DNA of 64,000 nucleotides, from the NCBI GenBank assembly GCA_964016885.1, contig OZ024741.1, forward strand, positions 279,992,001 through 280,056,000. Reading direction: 5' to 3'. Position 1 is the stretch's first letter, and every line of letters starts with the position of its first letter. This DNA comes from Eledone cirrhosa (lineage: Eukaryota). The notes beneath the pieces are model-generated. The model did no database searches. It saw only the letters and a list, made by a program, of their open reading frames with translations, and was not told the DNA's origin. Shown in pieces: positions 57,201-64,000 of the stretch. Made by a program: the position numbers and the translations under genes.

Positions 57201-59120
57201 AGAGTGCTGTGACAGCCAATACCTGGGGAGCTTAACCACTGGTGACAACCCACAAACTTCATTAACTTAAAAAAAGATACAAGATTGAAAACTATTGGAA
57301 ATACAAATAGTGGTGGTGGATTGAGGCATCTGGTTTGAGTGTATTGATTTGGTTAAGTCAGACGATCGTCTGAGATGATAATGAAAATGATTGTATTTAT
57401 ACACACACATAGTAAAAAGTCTAAGTAAAAGAACAACACAGAACAACATATTACAATAATATTAGTATAATCTTGAAAGGAGAGAATATATATTTGTTTA
57501 TGTTTCACATACTTGTCCATCATTTAAAAGGATTGGAAGTGAAACTTAGAAAAAGGAAAAGATTTTTTAGTAGAGAAGAAAAAAAGAGAAAAGTCAAAGA
57601 ACTGGAAGAGAGAGGATACACATGTTTGTTAGCTGGTAGACATCTTGGAAATTTCTAAAATTGCCTTCTAGATTGAGAGAAGTCAGAAAGGGGAGATAAG
57701 TACACGGTGAAAATTATGGGTTCATGTTCTTTGAAAAATGTGTGTGGATGTTGTATGGAGTTTGTGTGCCCAATAAAGCAAGGACTCAGGTTAAGTGCTC
57801 TAAGAATTCCACCCATCCACCACTCTGGACTGGTGCTTAATTCATTGACCCCAAATGGGCGGAAGGCAAAGTTGACCTTGCCAGGAATTGAACATAAAGC
57901 AGAGATGGCTGGAACAAGAAATACCAGCAAATCACCACCTTTGTAGTTTCTCATTAAAATAATATAGTTAAGAGGTTGCTGTAGTCTGCTTAAAACCTTG
58001 TGGAAAGTATAGAATATATTGGGTTTTTTAGAGGGCTATAGCAATTCTAATAGGACATAAAATGTTAGAAATAATGGTTTCTGATTTAAGCACAAGGTCA
58101 ACAGTTTTGGGGAGGGGAATGTCGATTAAATCGAGCTCAGTGCATTACTGGTACTTTATTTTATTGACACTGTAAGGATGGATGGAAGGCAAAGCTAACC
58201 GTGGCAGGATTTTAACTTAGAACTTAAAGGGCCATAACTTTATGCCGCGAAGCATATTGTCTGACGCTCTGTTGATACTGCCAATTCATCACCCTTAAAT
58301 GTTAAAAATAATAACAAAATTGTTAAGTGTTTAATAGCCCTTAATATCTCATGATGAAATCGATTTGTCAAAAGAAGAGTTGGAGAAACTAATTAAATTC
58401 TAGTTGTAAATACTACCTGGCCTTCAATATGTAAGGCTAAAATAAAACAACCATTTGTCTAATATACTTCAATTAAATAGAACAGAAGCATCTATCTAGT
58501 TTCAAAATTTCATGAAATTGTAAAATAAAAAAGTAGAGAAGCTACTGTTGGTTGGTTTAATTAATATATATATAGTTATCATTAATTTTAACTCAGTTAA
58601 TTGAAGTGTTTCTATTAACCATATTAAATATGGGAGATCATGTTATATTCATATTTAGTTTATCTGGTTTAGGATATGTACACTGTACTCCTTCACATCA
58701 TAAGAAGCAATTAAAAGGGTTGGTGTCAAGAAGGCTATCCAGTTATAAAACATTGCCTCAAAAGTCCTTTCCAATCCATGTCAAACATTGAAATAAAATA
58801 ATGATGATGATGATAATGAACACTTCCCTGAGGTATTTTTCCACAATTATATTACTGATACTCATAATCAATGTCAATAGATATCCTCTATTTCTATATA
58901 TATTGATCAATGTTAGTCTTGCCAACTGAATGGCATATACTTCACTGTGGGGGTATATTAAGACCAAAACATGTTTGTTTTCACCAGTTGACTTAAAAAC
59001 CAGATCCAATCTCATTAAGTCATTTTTTAAATAATTCAATCAATTTTATTGGAATGATCTCCCTTGTTTTTAGATTCTATACACTCTTTAGAGGCAGCAC
59101 TTGTCAACTAATTACTTGAA

Positions 59121-59475
59121 TAATGTCAGTTCACCTCTTCATTACCATCTTTCTAATGTCAGTACACCCCTTTCATTACCATATTTCTAATGTCAGTTAA
59201 CCCTTTCATTACCATATTTCTAATGCCAATTAACCCCTTCATTACCATATTTCTCATGTCAGTTCACCCCTTCATTACCATATTTCTAATGCCAATTAAC
59301 CCTTTTATTACCATATTTCTAATGTCAGTACACCCCTTCATTACCATATTTCTAATGTCAATTAACCCTTTCATTACCATATTTCAAATGTCAGATAACC
59401 CCTTCATTACCATATTTCTAATGTCAATTAACCCCTTCCATTACTATATTTCTAATGTTAGTTAACCCTTTCATT
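59121..59475. repeat. 33-bp minisatellite (about 10.5 copies) TAATGTCAGTTAACCCTTTCATTACCATATTTC
   Basis: Direct reading; 11-aa periodicity in the ORF track. Confidence 0.93.
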
Positions 59476-59652
59476 TTGGAAGAATTCAATAAAATAAGTT
59501 TTTCATTAGTAAACTGATATTTAGAGCATTATTTAACAGAAATTTGTAAAATAAAATGATGATTGATTTTAAGATAAACATTTTAAAATTAGCAGTTTTG
59601 CATATATCATATGAATCCAAGGTGGTTTCAGGCATTTTATTATCAAAAGGGT
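59462..59652. mobile_element. Body of a piggyBac-like MITE whose left end is tandemly amplified
   Basis: Shares TATTTAGAGCATTA, AAGATAAACATTTTAAA, AGCAGTTTT, TTTCAGGCA and TATCAAAAGG with 61611-61849. Confidence 0.75.
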
Positions 59653-61610
59653 TTTACTACTCAACTATATTACATGTGCGACACTCTTTCAGTCTTTCAT
59701 TTTAATCTATATATTGCTATGTTTCTTTCCCTTCCTCTTTCTTAACTTCCTTTTCTCTCTCATCCAACCTTTATTGTAAAGTGGTTTTATTTAATAAATT
59801 TTAACTTCATGAATTCATCATCAACATCATTATTATTTAATGTTCATTTTCCCTACTAGCAAGTGTTGGATGGTTCATCACAGACCAAATCAGTTCTTAG
59901 TCCAAACTACTGGCCTCTCAAATGGGCTGGAGACTCACTTTTCACTTACATATGTTCCTGTACTCTACAAATTGCACCAGATGCATTTTATTGTGGCACC
60001 AACACTAGGGAAGTTGTCATATTTTTGACATTACTGAAGCGTCCTCCCAATCCTTTGTTTGGCAGGTTTTCTATGGTTAGTTGCTATTACTATCACCAAC
60101 CACTTTATAGTGTGTACTGGATGTGTTTATTGTGTCACCAACACTGGAGAGGTTGTTGTGCCTTTGACACAGCTGAAGAATCCTTCTGACCATTTTTGGC
60201 ATGGTTTCTGCAGCTGGATGCCCTTCTTATCAACAAGCACCTTAGGGGTGTACTGGGTGCATTTTTCATGGCACCAGCATGTTTCTACTTTTGGCACAAG
60301 GCCAGTAATTTGATTACTGGTACTTCATTTTATCAACACTCTTAAGGATAAAGGCAAAGCTAAGCTTGGCGACATTTGAACTCAGACGTAAAGGGACGTA
60401 ACTATATGTCACAAAGCATGTCTGACACTCTACCAATACTGCCAATCCACCACTAATAAAAGTAATAATAATCAAATGTTTTTTAATGGGTAGAAGGAAA
60501 TATTGTCATTAGCAAGGTATTTGTTTTTGTTTTCCTTCATATATAGAAAGTGAAGAAAACATTGTTATTGCCATTCTAAAAGAATGAGTGGAAGAAATTC
60601 ATCAAGATTTGCCTGAAATGAGTATTAAGGATAAAATGCTGAAAATATTTACAATTTATTAATTTTCTCTTCTTAGATAGATGTCTTTAATTTTTAGTAT
60701 TACTGGAATTGTTAGAATAAGGTTTTTACAACAGGAAAACCTGCTTGATAATACAACTATTCCATTACAATGGGGGAAATCATATTAGATCTGAACTTCT
60801 TAACAGACAAAGCAAATAGTGCTTTATGCTTTGCCTTGAGAAAGAATGTTATATGCTTGTGCCAGAATTTGATTTCTTTTGATTTAGTAGCCCCGCACTT
60901 AAACTACTCGGTCACTACACTGTATATAATCAGCCATATAATTGAGGGTATTGCTTCTAGACACAAATGCAGTATGAATAGACTTCACATTTAAACAAGT
61001 TGCATTTATCAGGTAGCTGATCAATAGAACATTGGAGGAGAAATTCTTACAGCAAAATGGATAAAGAAATAGCCTTAGTGTAAAAGTTTCAGCTTGAGCT
61101 GATATATTATAGGATGCCTCTATGTTCTAATGCATTCCATTCTGTTTACTGTGTATAGGCAAATTACTGCATGGAGACATAAGAGTTGAACTATTGATTA
61201 ATTAGGAGGTCTTGTGATTTCTATTTGTAAGAAACTTTAAATAAATCAGCCAACAGCCTCCTAACCTAAGCTGATTCAATCATTCCTAATCCAGACAGTT
61301 GCTTATTAACACTGCATATTCTTTAATGGGGGATTATTTCTGAGGGTTAGAATTTTGGTTATATTATTTTGATACTATGGCAGAAATATTCCAGAAGAAT
61401 TTCTGTATAGTAATTGCATCTGTAAGGTGGCAAATTGGCAGTCATTAGAATGTCAGATAGAATGTTTTCTGGTATTCATTCTGTCTCTGTGCTCTGAGTT
61501 CAAACCTGCTAAGGGCCATAGCAGCAACAGATAATTTGACAAACAGTTTAAAATAAACTTTTTGTTTAAGTATCAAAAGAATAATTTGGTCATATTTTCT
61601 TATTAATTTC

Positions 61611-61849
61611 TTAACCCTTTCATTACCATATTACTAATGAAATACACTGCCTATGTGTTTCAATTGACTTTGAAAATAACCAAACATTTCGAGGGTTGTT
61701 AGCAAGCTCATATTTAGAGCATTACTTAAGAAAATTTTCTAAAATAAAATTATGTTGAAGTTTAAATATAAAGATAAACATTTTAAAGCAAGCAGTTTTA
61801 TATCATAAATTGAAGCTCATTTCAGGCAGTTTGGTATCAAAAGGATTAA
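61611..61849. mobile_element. piggyBac-like MITE (TTAA-flanked)
   Basis: TTAA-CCCTTTCATTACCA ... TGGTATCAAAAGGA-TTAA. Confidence 0.75.
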
Positions 61850-62132
61850 ATTTAAGCTGCTTTGTTTTATCAGAATAACTAGGATCTGATTCTGAGTTAA
61901 AACTTAACTTAGTTATAATTATTACTTTGTGTTCTTGCTCTAATGTCAAATGGTATCGGTTGTATTATATCATAAGTGTTGTAAAAGCATCCAATATTTT
62001 TGAAAACACACCCATCCAGAACATATCTATATTAATGCCAAAATCAATTCATTTTTATATGTAGGAGGTTTATATATAATACCTATTACAAGGGGATTAC
62101 TTTTTTATGTATAGTATATAATTATTTTTATT

Positions 62133-62585
62133 CATCATCAATTTGTTTCTGCTTTTCCAAGTTTGCATGGATTGAATGGGTCCTTCCAGCACAGCTTCCT
62201 TCCACTTGTAGCATTCCATTGTCATATCTTCTGTGAGGTTCAGTGGTTTGAGATCAGCTCTAAATCACCTCTGGTCAAGTTTTTCTCGGTCTTCCTTTGC
62301 TGCAGTTTTCTTCCTCTGGCATCTCCTGGTACTTCTCCACTCAGCATTCAGCATTCTTATGCATCACATATCCATACCAGTTCAGTCTTTTCTCTTACAT
62401 ACTACATCTGATTCCTCTTATACCCAGCTTTTCTCTCAGTTCATCCATGCTCTCTAGTTCATGCACACTAACATTATACATCCAATGGAGCATGCTTGCT
62501 TCATTTGTCTCCAGGCTCCATTTCTCCTCTGCAATTATTGTTCATGCCTCACTACCATGCAACATCATACTTCCCACACATGCAT
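62133..62585 (-). mobile_element. Old 3' fragment of the RTE LINE family
   Basis: Colinear similarity to 12040-12445 (CATCCAATGGAGCATGCTTGC, CTCACTACCATGCA, CCATACCAG..CAGTCT). Confidence 0.85.
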
Positions 62586-64000
62586 CAATTTGTGTTTTGC
62601 AGAATTTCAAGATGCAGGCTTACATTTATATACTTTACTATGTATTATATTTTCAATTTAAAACAATCTGTCACATTTTGAAAATGTTAAAGATTTTTCT
62701 AATGAATACATATTGGTTTTGAGTGTTTATATGGTTGGATTTTCTTCCTCTCGCCAATAACTATATCAAAGGGAACTGGGTGTATTTATCTTGGTACTGA
62801 TGCTAGTGAAGTTATTTTATCTGTTTAACAGACCTGTTTATCCTATTGTTGGGTTTATTTAAGAATATTATATCTCGTAAATGAGTTGTATTTATTGTAG
62901 CATAAGAGGTCCCATCTCAATTGAGAAGAAGTTGGAAAAGAATAAAAGGGCAAATAGAAAAGGAAAAAAAGTAGAGAGTGCAATAAACACTGAGTTACCA
63001 GTATAGCTTAAGTTACTTCATTGGAGAGTGACTGTTAGTTGTAAAGGCTTTTCAAATAATTCATACTTCTATTTCCCATTGCTATTTGTGTGTCTTATCA
63101 CTATGAGATAAATGTTGATCAGGATTCAATGACAATGAGCTTCCTTTCCTGTCTAATCGTGATCTCCGACTTCCCTTGATTACTGTCTAACCTTGATCCC
63201 TGACTTCCCTTGATCTCTGTCCTCCAAAGCAGCTGGTAGAGGTTCACAGCTGATGAGTGTTACATTCCAGCACAATAAGGGGGTGTAGTGTTTATTAAAA
63301 AAGTCATTAAAGTAACTATTAAAGGCTTTATGATAATTGACATAACTATGTACTTTGAAACTGTATTTGAATTCCTGTGCAATGTGAATATTTGTTGTAA
63401 ATTTAGTGGAATGCATTGAGTATAACTTTGCAATTAATATCTTTTGAAAATATAAATAACAATGAACAGCCTGTGGATAAAAATGAAAATTATACAACTC
63501 GACAGATAACTTATAATTTATTTCATAAACTCTTGGTGACATGCAGTCTAATTTGTTCTGTATGCAGAGAAGGGTGACTAAAAATTCAGGACTGAACTGT
63601 GTGTTCAATGGGTACAAAAACAGTTTAGTAGTAGTATTCCTGGCAAGCTGACATGTAAGTCAGGTTTTCAGTTCAGTTCAGTAGGTTGTTTTAGGACAGT
63701 CCAGATGAAAGTAATGACCTATAATGAGTAAATAAAATGCTATTACAAGTGTATTCTGTTTGTCAAAATATGTAATCAATTATCCACCACCATCATCATC
63801 ATCATTGTCTCCTCCATATTGAGGAATATCCATTGTTTAATTTTTTATTGTTACCTTTCTTTTTGCTATTGTTAATTCTATTTACACGCACAACCCACAT
63901 TGAACATATACACCCACTCTGTTTTTGTCCTATGTCGTACTAATATTTTCTTAATGCTAACCGTTGTGGAGAAATAAGAAATCATTAATAATAATAATAA

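Noticed and set aside
59121-59475. CRISPR-like 33-bp periodicity
   Set aside because: Units are head-to-tail with no unique spacers, there are no cas genes and the context is eukaryotic; the same applies to the 36-bp array at 4298-4552
63248-63280. CUGAUGA-GUG...CAC and other isolated CTGATGA hits (e.g. 15157, 15208, 41797)
   Set aside because: No correctly placed GAAA, stem III or stem I
63180-63617. 145-aa minus-strand ORF
   Set aside because: No recognisable domain, AT-rich composition and antisense to the presumed intron

Overview
AT-rich, repeat-dense animal DNA. The huge (TA)n-derived arrays, tRNA-headed SINEs and RTE LINEs with (GAT)n tails suggest an octopod cephalopod (inference). 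The only host coding sequence I can support is the first coding exon of a JMJD1C/KDM3-family histone demethylase gene (24626-24781, +). No second exon is recognisable, so the rest of the window is probably its first intron. The window also holds a near-intact RTE LINE with a PHD-type finger inside ORF2, Tx1/L1 and CRE-like LINE relics, a Tc1 relic, pogo-, hAT- and piggyBac-like MITEs, two SINE families and several minisatellites. All long YI/IY-repeat ORFs are microsatellite artefacts. The main unexpected signal is a set of hammerhead ribozyme (HHR) motifs. Six of them (four with complete cores, two degenerate) look like Penelope/retrozyme-type terminal-repeat relics, mostly beside TA arrays. 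A seventh, fully canonical HHR with a long structured stem II (5373-5455, -) lies in apparently non-repetitive sequence. It sits just downstream of a promoter-like motif cluster and between two strong 5' splice-site matches, suggesting a splicing-gated self-cleavage switch at the 5' end of a minus-strand transcript.
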